DNA of 64,000 nucleotides, taken from a virus. The stretch covers positions 28,247-92,246 of IMG/VR virus record IMGVR_UViG_3300021437_000011; one strand, given 5' to 3'. Under the pieces are notes generated by a model that was given only the letters and a program-made list of their open reading frames with translations, did not search any database and was not told the origin of the DNA. Shown here in pieces: positions 47,681-56,080 of the stretch. Made by a program: the position numbers and the translations under genes. Numbering within the stretch: position 1 is the first letter of the stretch; the number at the start of each line of letters is the position of its first letter.

Positions 47681-47929
47681 TTAGCACCTACAGGTCGGGC
47701 TGTACGCGCCATCGCAGCACACATCGCGGCCGGCCGAGCATCCGCAGACCCCTCCGTGATGGGAGCAACATCCTTGTTGTTTTTGCGTCTGCGCGGCGAG
47801 CCTTTTGCAAAAGGTTACGGAGCAAGACGGTTTTCCCTGCATTATTTCGTCAAAGCTGACGGCGCGCTCCTTGGCCGACGCCCAAGAAAGGCATAAGGCC
47901 AAAGCTGACAAAAAGATAACAATCCTCAT
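47681..47929 (-). CDS. Small secreted Cys-rich protein
   Basis: Signal-peptide-like N-terminus; GCCSHHGGVCGC...VCCDG.YSP.C.C. Confidence 0.7.
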   Translation of the reverse strand: MRIVIFLSALALCLSWASAKERAVSFDEIMQGKPSCSVTFCKRLAAQTQKQQGCCSHHGGVCGCSAGRDVCCDGAYSPTCRC

Positions 47930-48135
47930 ATATCCCCCTGTTTTTCTACCGCTGTCTCGTGAGAGAGCCCAAGCCAGTTTCATGATTCCTGTTATGGCGG
48001 ACCCAAGACCGTCTATGCAAGAGCTCTCTCACGAGACAGCGGGGCAAGTGTGGGGCGTCCTTTTGACATCCTGGAGGATGCGAAAGGACGCCCCAAAACC
48101 GCGTGGGGCTTGGGGGAAGCGCGCGGAGTCAGAAC

Positions 48136-49197
48136 CTACCACTGGCCGACAAGTCCAACCGTTCCGCCAGAAGCGCCCCCTTTAAAGCCAGCTCCTCCAG
48201 AGGCGTTGACTTGCCAGTTCTTATCAATCCGGAACGCCAGACCGCCAGCGAGCGCGCCCGTCCCATCGAAATCCGCGACGTTGACGGAAATGCCGAAGGT
48301 CTTGCCGGTCTCCAGGCTGGGGACTTTGGAGGCCATCGCCAGGGCGACGCCGCCTTCAACCTTGTCCATACGACCCTGCAGGTTTGAGATCTGCGCCGCG
48401 GCGACATCGCGCCAGCCTTCCAGCGAACTCAGCCGGCCGCCATAGCGGGAAAGCGTCGTGTTGACGTCATTACGCCAACTGTCGACGCCAGAAGCCCAGG
48501 TCTCGATGGTTCCGCCCGTGCCGTTGAACGCGTCCAGCGAGCCGCCGACGTCGCGTCCGCCAGCTATAACTTTGCCCGCCGTGACTGTCCCGGTCGACGT
48601 CACGTCGCCGCCTGCGATCGTGGTGGAGCCCTTCGCGTCGGTGAAGGACGCGCCGCCCGCCGTGACTGAGCTGCTAGCGCCAGCTTTTGTATTGACAACG
48701 GTGACGCCATTCGCGGAGAAAACGCTTTTATTGTCCCCAGAGGCATCAATCGATGTTACGCCGTTGGCCGTCCTTGTCGTCGAAGCGCCAGCGCCATTGG
48801 TCATGGTCGATGACGTGAGCACATTGCCATTGGTTGTTGTCGTGCTTACGCTGTCCCCCGTCGTCGTATCAGTGAGAGTCCGCGCCCGGCGAGCCGTTTT
48901 CCCGTCGAACTTGGCGGCGTTGGCGTCGGCGGCGATGGCGTCGAGCTGAGGCTGGGTCAGGTTTATGGGATCAATCCACCCACACGTGGCGCAGGATTTG
49001 AAGGAGCCATCTGGATTGATCTGACTGACGTCGACAGGCGCGTTGTTGTTGGCGAAATCAACAGCGACAAGATTCGCCGAGCTGGTTTTTTGCTCCGAGA
49101 CGAAGCCAACGGCGGGATCGTAATCCGCCGCCCAGGCCCCGCTTGCCCCCGCGCCGATCATAAGCGCCAATGCCGAAACTTTGTATTTGTATCCCAT
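48136..49197 (-). CDS. YadA-like trimeric autotransporter adhesin
   Basis: Signal peptide ending AWA; Thr-rich passenger; coiled stalk; anchor GGVALAMA...ALAGGLAFRI...VGLVGQW with terminal aromatic residue. Confidence 0.85.
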   Translation of the reverse strand: MGYKYKVSALALMIGAGASGAWAADYDPAVGFVSEQKTSSANLVAVDFANNNAPVDVSQINPDGSFKSCATCGWIDPINLTQPQLDAIAADANAAKFDGKTARRARTLTDTTTGDSVSTTTTNGNVLTSSTMTNGAGASTTRTANGVTSIDASGDNKSVFSANGVTVVNTKAGASSSVTAGGASFTDAKGSTTIAGGDVTSTGTVTAGKVIAGGRDVGGSLDAFNGTGGTIETWASGVDSWRNDVNTTLSRYGGRLSSLEGWRDVAAAQISNLQGRMDKVEGGVALAMASKVPSLETGKTFGISVNVADFDGTGALAGGLAFRIDKNWQVNASGGAGFKGGASGGTVGLVGQW

Positions 49198-49329
49198 GAA
49201 GCCATCCCCTTTTTGACATCCAAAAAGGGTTATCGTCCCGCCATGGTTGCGCCGCAATCATAATCGTTCCAAATCAGTGTGAAGACCACACTTCTGTGTC
49301 ATTTGGGTAACGTTAACGTTTTCCGAAGG

Positions 49330-49542
49330 TTACTGGTTGAGGCCGCCTTCCTTGGTCTTCGTCCATGATTCAGGAGCTCCCGTCATGGGGTTGGGGATGA
49401 CGATCTCACCCCCAATTTCAAGATCGGCGATGTTGGCGTAAAGCCATTCGATCGCCACGCCCCGCGCTATCTTGAGCTTGTCTTCGTCGCCAGTGTCGAA
49501 CATGTCGAAGATGCGCTGGGGGCAGACGATTTTGCGGCTCAT
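49330..49542 (-). CDS. Hypothetical protein
   Basis: Coupled ORF in the minus-strand run. Confidence 0.5.
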   Translation of the reverse strand: MSRKIVCPQRIFDMFDTGDEDKLKIARGVAIEWLYANIADLEIGGEIVIPNPMTGAPESWTKTKEGGLNQ

Positions 49543-50162
49543 GACTTAGCCTCGACGCTGTCGTAATCCCGAAACGGCTTAAACGCCTTAATCTCTTCGG
49601 GCGTGGGAAACTTTCCACAAAAGCAGTAGGCTCTATCGTCAATCAAGAGGACGGCGGGAGGCTTCCCGACTGAGAAGACAAGGGAATCATACAGCTTGCC
49701 TCCCTCCACGATTCCGAAGGCGTCGCAAAGCCAGAGCAAGACCCAGGATCGCGTCGCGGCGTCGCCTTCGGCGCAGGACAAGCGCGAAGAAACGATCCAG
49801 ACCTCAAGGCCAGCTTCGATATAACCCTTCAGCGCCTCCATGGCCCCATGCACAGGCAACCCATCAAGAACGTCAGCGGCTTTCCATTTCACATAGCGGT
49901 GGAGGACGCCATCAACATCTATGGCGACAATGGGCTTGTGCGGGTGAATGAAGCCGCCACGCCACGTCGCCTGCTCCGGCGTGGTCTTTAAAGCCGACGC
50001 GGAGGGCGGCCGGTTCGCTTCAAGGGCGACGATCATCTCCCTGGCGGCGGATGCGATGTTGAAGGACCATTCCTCTGGAACGTCGAGGATCTCCCTCATC
50101 ATCTCAATGGCGCTCAGGCGGGTGCGCTCGCGATCTTCCTCACTGGCCATCTGGCCCTCCAT
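49539..50162 (-). CDS. HAD-superfamily phosphatase/nucleotidase-like protein
   Basis: IVAIDVDGVLH, IVSSR, KPPA.LLIDDRA. Confidence 0.8.
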   Translation of the reverse strand: MEGQMASEEDRERTRLSAIEMMREILDVPEEWSFNIASAAREMIVALEANRPPSASALKTTPEQATWRGGFIHPHKPIVAIDVDGVLHRYVKWKAADVLDGLPVHGAMEALKGYIEAGLEVWIVSSRLSCAEGDAATRSWVLLWLCDAFGIVEGGKLYDSLVFSVGKPPAVLLIDDRAYCFCGKFPTPEEIKAFKPFRDYDSVEAKS

Positions 50163-50355
50163 TCATCCATTCACGCAGCTTGCCCCATGCGGTCAGAAGA
50201 AGACCCGCGAAGGCTCCAATCCCAAGAGAGATAAAACCTATGATTCTGAAGTCGTCATGGCCGTAGATTGTTCCCAATAAGGCGAAGCAGAATCCAGCGC
50301 CAGTCATCTGGATGGCCCCAGTCTGGAGGAATTCTTCAAATTTACTCAATTTCAT
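50140..50355 (-). CDS. Small membrane protein
   Basis: Two hydrophobic segments. Confidence 0.5.
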   Translation of the reverse strand: MKLSKFEEFLQTGAIQMTGAGFCFALLGTIYGHDDFRIIGFISLGIGAFAGLLLTAWGKLREWMNGGPDGQ

Positions 50356-50591
50356 TGCTTCATGGCGGGAGCTTTGGGCGACCGCCCCTCGTTTTTCGCG
50401 ATGAATTCTTTCATGGCGACAAGCATATCCTTGCGGTCAGCGTTGCAGATATAGTTCATCCGGCCTGGCGCGTCGTTGAGGGGGAACACCAGGAGACAGA
50501 AGCCGCAGCCCTCAAACGCCGCGCTCAGGAGATGGCCGAGCTCGTTCATGCGCTCATGGTGCTCAGCCTCAATCGCTTGGTGGTCAGTCAT
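50352..50591 (-). CDS. Hypothetical phage protein
   Basis: GF.LLVFP...GR.NYI.NA.R.D...A.KE.IA pattern. Confidence 0.65.
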   Translation of the reverse strand: MTDHQAIEAEHHERMNELGHLLSAAFEGCGFCLLVFPLNDAPGRMNYICNADRKDMLVAMKEFIAKNEGRSPKAPAMKQ

Positions 50592-50650
50592 GCTTCCCGC
50601 TTTTTAAAAGTTTCTTTCGCAACAAAAATCCTTTAACGAAGTTTACGCGC

Positions 50651-50695
50651 TTTCGCGACAAAAAACTGTCGCGATTCCCGTTTCGCGACAGTTTT
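50651..50695. promoter_or_regulatory. TCGCGACA box cluster with 13-bp inverted repeat
   Basis: AAAACTGTCGCGA...TCGCGACAGTTTT plus an extra TTTCGCGACA copy. Confidence 0.5.
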
Positions 50696-50707
50696 GAATG
50701 GAGGCGA

Positions 50708-50869
50708 ATGATGACGATTGAGCAACGGCTCCAAGAGATGGAGAGCCAGATAACCTATTTAGTCCATCGCGAATATAGGTTATCGTCGGCTGTTCGGGGC
50801 ATAAGCCTTGTTGTCACGCTCACTCTGGCGTTCACCCTCATCGAGCTGATAGCTTTGTCAGCGCGGTGA
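50708..50869 (+). CDS. Small protein with C-terminal TM helix (53 aa)
   Basis: GGAGG RBS; MMTIEQRLQEMESQITYL...ISLVVTLTLAFTLIELIAL. Confidence 0.55.
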   Translation: MMTIEQRLQEMESQITYLVHREYRLSSAVRGISLVVTLTLAFTLIELIALSAR

Positions 50870-51124
50870 TCAGGAAGTCTTCTCCGCGAAGTCTCCGCAC
50901 CAATTATCGAAAGGCGTCAGCGGCCAGAACGCCTCCATATCGACAAGGGAAAGTCCTGTTTGGATATCTTTCCTGTAGAGCGCGCTCAACTCCGCCCTCG
51001 CTTTCCTCACAACGATTTCGAAGATCGGGGATGGGGATCGTCTCTTACAAAATCCATAGTGTTCAAAGCCGTCGTTTACGTGGTCCGGTTTCCAATAACG
51101 GCAATTCTCACAAGTCGCTTTCAT
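50870..51124 (-). CDS. Small Cys-rich phage protein
   Basis: C..C.YW...G.C.R..P...WP.T...WCG.F. Confidence 0.6.
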   Translation of the reverse strand: MKATCENCRYWKPDHVNDGFEHYGFCKRRSPSPIFEIVVRKARAELSALYRKDIQTGLSLVDMEAFWPLTPFDNWCGDFAEKTS

Positions 51125-51137
51125 TTTACAGCCTCCT

Positions 51138-51383
51138 TTAGCGCACAATGGCGCCACAGCAGCCGCGGCGCTGGCGAGGGTCAATGCGATTGAGCTGCTC
51201 ATCGGTAATGTGCTCGCCATCAACCCAAATCCACCACATGCAGTGTGAGCCCAGGCAGCAACACTCCTTGTAAAAACTAGCGGCGGCATACCGGTTAACT
51301 GAATAACTTCCATTATCCGTCATGGACTCGGGACACCACTTCTCAGCGGCCTCCGCCTCGGTGACGATCATCGTTTGAGCCAT
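51138..51383 (-). CDS. Small Cys-rich phage protein
   Basis: TE.EA..KWCP...C.GS.CMWW...RG.CG. Confidence 0.6.
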   Translation of the reverse strand: MAQTMIVTEAEAAEKWCPESMTDNGSYSVNRYAAASFYKECCCLGSHCMWWIWVDGEHITDEQLNRIDPRQRRGCCGAIVR

Positions 51384-51793
51384 TTTCCTACCTCTCTGCT
51401 AATGTCAGCTTTCCCGACATTAGCAGAGAGGGACGGATATGTCAAAGCCAAGCGACGCTTGCCCTCTGCGATCACAGGATCATCGCCGCACGCCCCGAGA
51501 CTGGGGCGGCTCAGAACGAAGGCGGCGCAATCGAACGCCTTGCACACGGCTGGTCGCGTCGCATAGACGGCGCAGCCCTTTTTCGTGAGGTTGACGCAGT
51601 CGCCGTTGCGCTTCACCTTGAGCTGGCGGACGCGGAGTTCGCCATAGTCGCGCCATTCCCAGTCGCCGCGGGTCTCGGAAACATCGTCGCCAGCGGTTTC
51701 ATCGAGAATGATCACCATGCGCCGGCAGCAGGCGCGACAGGCCCCGCAGTCGACCCTGCAGGTCATCCCCCGCGGAAGTCCAGGCAGCGTCAT
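51368..51793 (-). CDS. YkgJ-family Cys-cluster protein
   Basis: C.AC..CC...GDC..L...GC.VY..RP.VC..F.C. Confidence 0.75.
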   Translation of the reverse strand: MTLPGLPRGMTCRVDCGACRACCRRMVIILDETAGDDVSETRGDWEWRDYGELRVRQLKVKRNGDCVNLTKKGCAVYATRPAVCKAFDCAAFVLSRPSLGACGDDPVIAEGKRRLALTYPSLSANVGKADISREVGKWLKR

Positions 51794-52029
51794 GAGGGCT
51801 CCTGGGCTGCGAGAATGCACTCCTTGAAGTACTCCATGGCGGCGGCGGAGGCGGTCTTAAGCATCTCCCGCGTCTCCGGGTCAAGGCAGGCCAAGACCTT
51901 CCTCGCCGGGGTTCCTGGCGGGCGCTGCACGCCGATAATGGCCTCAGCGATGCGCACGGCGAGCTCGGCCTGATCAATGGGCGCGATGAGCTTGACCGCG
52001 GCGTGGGCCTTTATCTCAGTCCTGTCCAT
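51790..52029 (-). CDS. Hypothetical protein
   Basis: MDRTEIKAH...; coupled to neighbours. Confidence 0.5.
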   Translation of the reverse strand: MDRTEIKAHAAVKLIAPIDQAELAVRIAEAIIGVQRPPGTPARKVLACLDPETREMLKTASAAAMEYFKECILAAQEPS

Positions 52030-52603
52030 TTTGGCCCCTTTTGAAACCGAAGTCCCGGAGCTTGATTTTGGCCATCCGCCCGTCATCGCAGCGCCAGACG
52101 ACGCCTTCAATGTCGGGACCAGCCGCGAACCACGTCTGGAGCCCGGAGAAGGTCCGGGGCGTCTCCTCTGGGTTGAGGAAAAGCAGCCAGGAAGAATCGT
52201 GCGCGACCAGCGTATGCGAGGCGCAGCCCTCGGGATTGCCCTGCACCTTGGGGCCGATGAGCTCATAGGTTCCGGGGCGCTGGAGAGGAAGAGCCGCGAA
52301 GGCTTCACGATGCAAGGCGTCTTCGGGGCCATCGCCGACGGGGAGCCAGCCGACGGTCTTTCCGGTCCTCTCGTCATGATCCGAGAGGCGGAACCCTTCA
52401 GGGGCGAAAACCCCCTTCTTGAGCTCGCGACGTTTCCACAAAATCCCATCGGCTATCATACAGCAGGTCCCATCGAGCTTGCGAGTCGGCCAGCCTTCGC
52501 CGGAGAGAACCCATTGGCAGACAGGATTGACGATGTCGATGACGCGGCTCCGGTTGGAAGGGTCGCGCTGGAAGAGCGTGGGGATTTTTTTCATGAAGAC
52601 CAT
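52016..52603 (-). CDS. RNA-ligase-like nucleotidyltransferase (DUF5565-like)
   Basis: MKKIPTLF.R, KxDG motif TRKLDGTCC, GTYELIGPKVQGNP, IEGVVW, MAKIK..DFG. Confidence 0.7.
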   Translation of the reverse strand: MVFMKKIPTLFQRDPSNRSRVIDIVNPVCQWVLSGEGWPTRKLDGTCCMIADGILWKRRELKKGVFAPEGFRLSDHDERTGKTVGWLPVGDGPEDALHREAFAALPLQRPGTYELIGPKVQGNPEGCASHTLVAHDSSWLLFLNPEETPRTFSGLQTWFAAGPDIEGVVWRCDDGRMAKIKLRDFGFKRGQNGQD

Positions 52604-52878
52604 CCAATGACAGCCTTGAGGCGCGCAATCTCCCCCCCGAGCTCAATAATTTGCCGCCTTTGCGAGGCGGTGGAAAAGGCTTCATTCGCGTATTTGACGT
52701 AGTATTCGGCGCTTAATTTAGCGAGACGAGTAACGATCGCTAAAACGATCTCGTTAGCGTCTGATCGGTGCGGAGGTTTATGGAGAGTTATGTGCGTTAC
52801 CGTAATGCACATCTTAATAAATTCTTCAGGATCGGTTTTCTCAATGTCAGGAATATCGAGATCATCTGTATTTATCAT
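52591..52878 (-). CDS. Hypothetical protein
   Basis: MINTDDLDIP... ORF in the minus-strand run. Confidence 0.45.
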   Translation of the reverse strand: MINTDDLDIPDIEKTDPEEFIKMCITVTHITLHKPPHRSDANEIVLAIVTRLAKLSAEYYVKYANEAFSTASQRRQIIELGGEIARLKAVIGWSS

Positions 52879-52915
52879 AAATCTATCCAGGGTGATGTCG
52901 GGAAAGCCGACTTTG

Positions 52916-53518
52916 TCAATCGTCGAGCATGGAAACGCCCGCGTCGTAGGCGTCGTAGGTTCTGCCAGCAAGGCGCTTGGAGAGCTTTTCGCGCTGTTCA
53001 GCCTCACGCGCAAGCACTTCGACGAGGCGACGCGCCGCGGCTATGGCGTCTCCCCCAGCGGCGATGAGGCTGATGAAGCTGCCGCCGCCCGAGAGCGCGC
53101 GGTTGAGGGACCGGGAGCCGGGCTTTATATTCGACGAAGCGAATACCTCAGCGGCGCGCGATAAGCCGCAGAGCCTTGAGAAGTTTTCCCTTGACAGAGT
53201 TTTCCCGGATTTCCAGTCATAGACCGCCTGGCGGGTGACGCCCGTCATGGTTGCGATGTCCGATATGCTGCAATCCAGGGCCTCCATGATGGCGTCGACG
53301 CTGTACGAGAATTGGTCGGGAGCCTCCTCCAGGGGCGTGAATATGCGTTGAACGCGATATCCAAGCGCATGGGCGACGGTTTCGCTAAGCTGGCGGCGGC
53401 CGAGGATGATGTCATTGACATATTGCGGCGACACGCCATGGGCTATCGCCCACGCCTTCTGGCCGCCTGCGTTGGCTGCGGCGGTCCGGAGAAGGGCGAT
53501 GAGATCGGCTTCAGTCAT
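52916..53518 (-). CDS. Double-HTH transcriptional regulator
   Basis: GQKAWA..HGVSPQYVNDI..GRR and SISDIATMTGVTRQAVYDWKSG. Confidence 0.7.
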   Translation of the reverse strand: MTEADLIALLRTAAANAGGQKAWAIAHGVSPQYVNDIILGRRQLSETVAHALGYRVQRIFTPLEEAPDQFSYSVDAIMEALDCSISDIATMTGVTRQAVYDWKSGKTLSRENFSRLCGLSRAAEVFASSNIKPGSRSLNRALSGGGSFISLIAAGGDAIAAARRLVEVLAREAEQREKLSKRLAGRTYDAYDAGVSMLDD

Positions 53519-53528
53519 AAGAGTCTCC

Positions 53529-53602
53529 TGGCTGGGAGGAAGGGTTTCGAACCCCCATCTCTTGGCTCAAAACCAAGGGTCCTGCCGTTAGACGACCTCC
53601 CA
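53529..53602 (-). tRNA. tRNA-Gln (TTG) with encoded CCA
   Basis: TGGGAGG acceptor arm, D arm, CTTGG-TTTTGAG-CCAAG anticodon arm, GGTTCGAAA T-loop, 3' GCCA. Confidence 0.9.
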
Positions 53603-54523
53603 GGAAAGCATGGATTGCATGATGGCTGCGGCGACTTGAGGGCAGATGGCGTTGCCCGCAGCTTTTAGTCTAGCCATCCTTTGGGGTATCCCAGCAGCCA
53701 CAAGCTGAATTCCGGATTCAGGCTTCGGGACGCGCCGAGTTTTGCCGTCGGCGCAGCGGAGGAGCCCCCCATCTGAAGATTCGCCGCATGGAGCACCTGG
53801 GAGGGGAGAGGCATATCCCCATTGCCGTAGCGCTGGTTCGGCCCTCCCTTCGGCCCGTCTGACGCCTTGGGGCTCGCCCAAAACGCTGAAACCTGATAGC
53901 CATTCCCGTTGGCGTTCGTCGATGTGGGCGCCGCCCACATGGTCACGACCTCTGAACGAGGTCGTGCGTTCCGCGCCATCGTCTCTGGGGACGCCTTCCC
54001 CGACCTCCAGTCGCGAGCCGACGGCGCGGGCCACGATCCAGATGCGCCTCCGGAGGATCGGGGCGTTGACGCCGCAAGCCGGAATTTCAAACGCCCGCCC
54101 TTCGTAGCCGCTGTCTTCCAGGTCAGCAAGGATTCGGTCGAGGACCAGTTTCTTGTCATCAAGGCCAGGGACATTTTCGCCAAGCACCCAAAGGGGGCGG
54201 GCTCCTTGGATGAGGCGAAGCATGTCTGGCCAGAGGAAACGGTCATCGCGATCGCTTCCACGCTTCCCGGCAAGGGAGAAGGGTTGACAGGGGAAGCCGC
54301 CCGTGAGGATCGAGAAGTCTTCCGGGAGACCGGCGAGCTTGGCGGCGAGGCCAAATCCGCCGATCCCAGCGAACAGGTGTAGCTGGCGGTAAGAAGAGAG
54401 GTCTGAGGGCTGCACAGACTGGATTGGACGCTCGTCAATATGTCCATGAGGCAAGCTTCCGTCTTGGACCCGCCGGCGGAGGACGCCGCAGCAAAAAGGG
54501 TCGATTTCGTTGTAGTAGGTCAT
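53588..54523 (-). CDS. C5 cytosine DNA methyltransferase (alpha chain)
   Basis: HLFAGIGG, GGFPCQPFS, ENV, R.RIWIV, GNAI motifs. Confidence 0.9.
   Translation of the reverse strand: MTYYNEIDPFCCGVLRRRVQDGSLPHGHIDERPIQSVQPSDLSSYRQLHLFAGIGGFGLAAKLAGLPEDFSILTGGFPCQPFSLAGKRGSDRDDRFLWPDMLRLIQGARPLWVLGENVPGLDDKKLVLDRILADLEDSGYEGRAFEIPACGVNAPILRRRIWIVARAVGSRLEVGEGVPRDDGAERTTSFRGRDHVGGAHIDERQREWLSGFSVLGEPQGVRRAEGRAEPALRQWGYASPLPGAPCGESSDGGLLRCADGKTRRVPKPESGIQLVAAGIPQRMARLKAAGNAICPQVAAAIMQSMLSWEVV
53665..54447 (-). CDS. Nested alternative-frame ORF, putative methyltransferase beta chain
   Basis: 260 codons wholly inside the methyltransferase gene; repeated W.[AST]P.[AS].D units and terminal LNPEFSLWLLGYPKGW (motif IX-like); true start uncertain. 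Confidence 0.65.
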   Translation of the reverse strand: MDILTSVQSSLCSPQTSLLTASYTCSLGSADLASPPSSPVSRKTSRSSRAASPVNPSPLPGSVEAIAMTVSSGQTCFASSKEPAPFGCLAKMSLALMTRNWSSTESLLTWKTAATKGGRLKFRLAASTPRSSGGASGSWPAPSARDWRSGKASPETMARNARPRSEVVTMWAAPTSTNANGNGYQVSAFWASPKASDGPKGGPNQRYGNGDMPLPSQVLHAANLQMGGSSAAPTAKLGASRSLNPEFSLWLLGYPKGWLD

Positions 54524-54576
54524 GAGAGGCAGCCATGTGTTCATATTTTTTCATGCGAGACCTCATTCAGCAAACA

Positions 54577-54876
54577 TCAGTAAGATTCCTCGCGGGTTAT
54601 CTCCGAAAGAATTTTGAGAATGTTCCGATCACGCTCAACAAGGCTAAGAATTCGCAAAGCCATGGGATGAGGCGGGATGCAGCGTTGAGTAGAACCGCGC
54701 CATGTCGAGATCGCCTCCGCCGAGACGCCAAGGAGGCGCGCAAACTCGCTCACAGAAATGGGGATGGCCTCCATTCGAGACTTGAACCTAGCGCAGTGAT
54801 CGCGGCGGAGGCTGAAGTCAATGAGGTCTCTTACCTTCGTGGAATTGATGTGTCTGGTGACTATAACGGCGCACAT
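54577..54876 (-). CDS. HTH (Cro/XRE-like) regulator
   Basis: ISVSEFARLLGVSAEAISTW. Confidence 0.65.
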   Translation of the reverse strand: MCAVIVTRHINSTKVRDLIDFSLRRDHCARFKSRMEAIPISVSEFARLLGVSAEAISTWRGSTQRCIPPHPMALRILSLVERDRNILKILSEITREESY

Positions 54877-55309
54877 TTAAATATGTTTCCCCGTGTTTTT
54901 TCGTAGGTCTCATGTATAGTAGCGTAGGACACCAGCATTGTGAAGGGAGAAAATTGGAAATTTTTGAAAAAATGGAGAAAAATTCGAGAAAAGAGGCCGG
55001 GAAAGGGGGCTGAAAACGTAGGTCCTGCGGGAATACGGGGTCTCCAAGCGGCAAAACGCGAGAGAAACGCAAGTCCTACGGAGATTTTGGGTGGGGAAGA
55101 GGGGGTTAGATGATATTCGAGAATTTGAATATTTTGGATTTTTGGGATTTTTGGGAAATTGGGAAATTGGGATGAGAGAGGGTGCCTGAAAACGGACCCG
55201 ATGGGACCCGCAGGCGACCATTTTTCTTTTTCCGTGTTTTTGGCGGTTTTTATGTTTTTCAGCGTTTTGAGGGGGTTTTACGCCCCTCTCCACAGATAAC
55301 TCATTGATA

Positions 55310-55867
55310 TCACTCATCCTTTCTGTGCAAGATGCGATGCACAGAACCTGCACCTATGCCTAGCTGCTTAGCTATAGCCGCCATGCTCAGCCCTTGTGCT
55401 CTCAGTGACGCTACGTTGCCCGCCAGCGCCTGTGCAGTTTTCGCCCTACCCTTGTACCTGCCAGCAGCTTTAGCGGCCTGTATGCCCTCCCTTTGCCGTT
55501 CTAGCATGATCTCACGTTCGAACTGCGCCACACTGGCGAAAATGTTCAGCGTGAGTCGCCCTGCTGGCGTGCTCGTGTCCATCGATGGGCTGAGGATGCG
55601 CAGCGCCACGGTTTTGCGTTCCAGCTTATCCGCTATCTCAATAAGATTGCGTATGCTTCTGGCGAGCCTATCGATTTTAGTTACAATGAACACGTCCCCC
55701 TCCCGCACGAACTCCAACGCGGCGTCAAGCTGGGCGCGCGTGGCGTCCACAGAGCTCAATTGCTCACTGAAAACCTTCTCAGCGCCAGCAAGCGCTAGGT
55801 CGCGAAGCTGGGCGTCGAGCCCCGCAACCTGTTCAATCGTTGATGTGCGCGCATATCCCACTTTCAT
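55310..55867 (-). CDS. Serine recombinase (resolvase/invertase family)
   Basis: VGYARTST.EQ, R.QL..AL.FVREGD, KIDRLARS, FEREIMLERQREGI..AK..G, C-terminal HTH. Confidence 0.95.
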   Translation of the reverse strand: MKVGYARTSTIEQVAGLDAQLRDLALAGAEKVFSEQLSSVDATRAQLDAALEFVREGDVFIVTKIDRLARSIRNLIEIADKLERKTVALRILSPSMDTSTPAGRLTLNIFASVAQFEREIMLERQREGIQAAKAAGRYKGRAKTAQALAGNVASLRAQGLSMAAIAKQLGIGAGSVHRILHRKDE

Positions 55868-55877
55868 GCTATCCTCC

Positions 55878-55983
55878 GTTCCACTGTTGTCTTAGACACA
55901 TTGGAATATGGCGTTCCAAAAGTCAAGACCTATTTCTGCGGAACGCTGGGCGTACATTCCGCTAGGGCTTGCCCTATTGGAAA
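55878..55983. promoter_or_regulatory. Putative res site (three inverted TTCC...GGAA subsites)
   Basis: GTTCCA..TGGAAT, GTTCCA..CGGAAC and ATTCCG..TGGAAA in series directly upstream of the resolvase. Confidence 0.55.
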
Positions 55984-56005
55984 GTTATCCACAGCTCTCT
56001 CATTT

Positions 56006-56041
56006 TTATGTGTTGACATAGCCACGAAGAACCGCTAGATT
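56006..56041 (+). promoter_or_regulatory. Sigma70-type promoter with conserved TTATGTGTTGACATA element
   Basis: TTGACA (56013), 17 nt, TAGATT. Confidence 0.75.
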
Positions 56042-56080
56042 TATTTCAACGAGGCGAGAAACACCAAGCGGAGACGGACA

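Noticed and set aside
54910-55353. 147-aa minus-strand ORF
   Set aside because: A low-complexity translation of the skewed repeat tract, overlapping the resolvase end.
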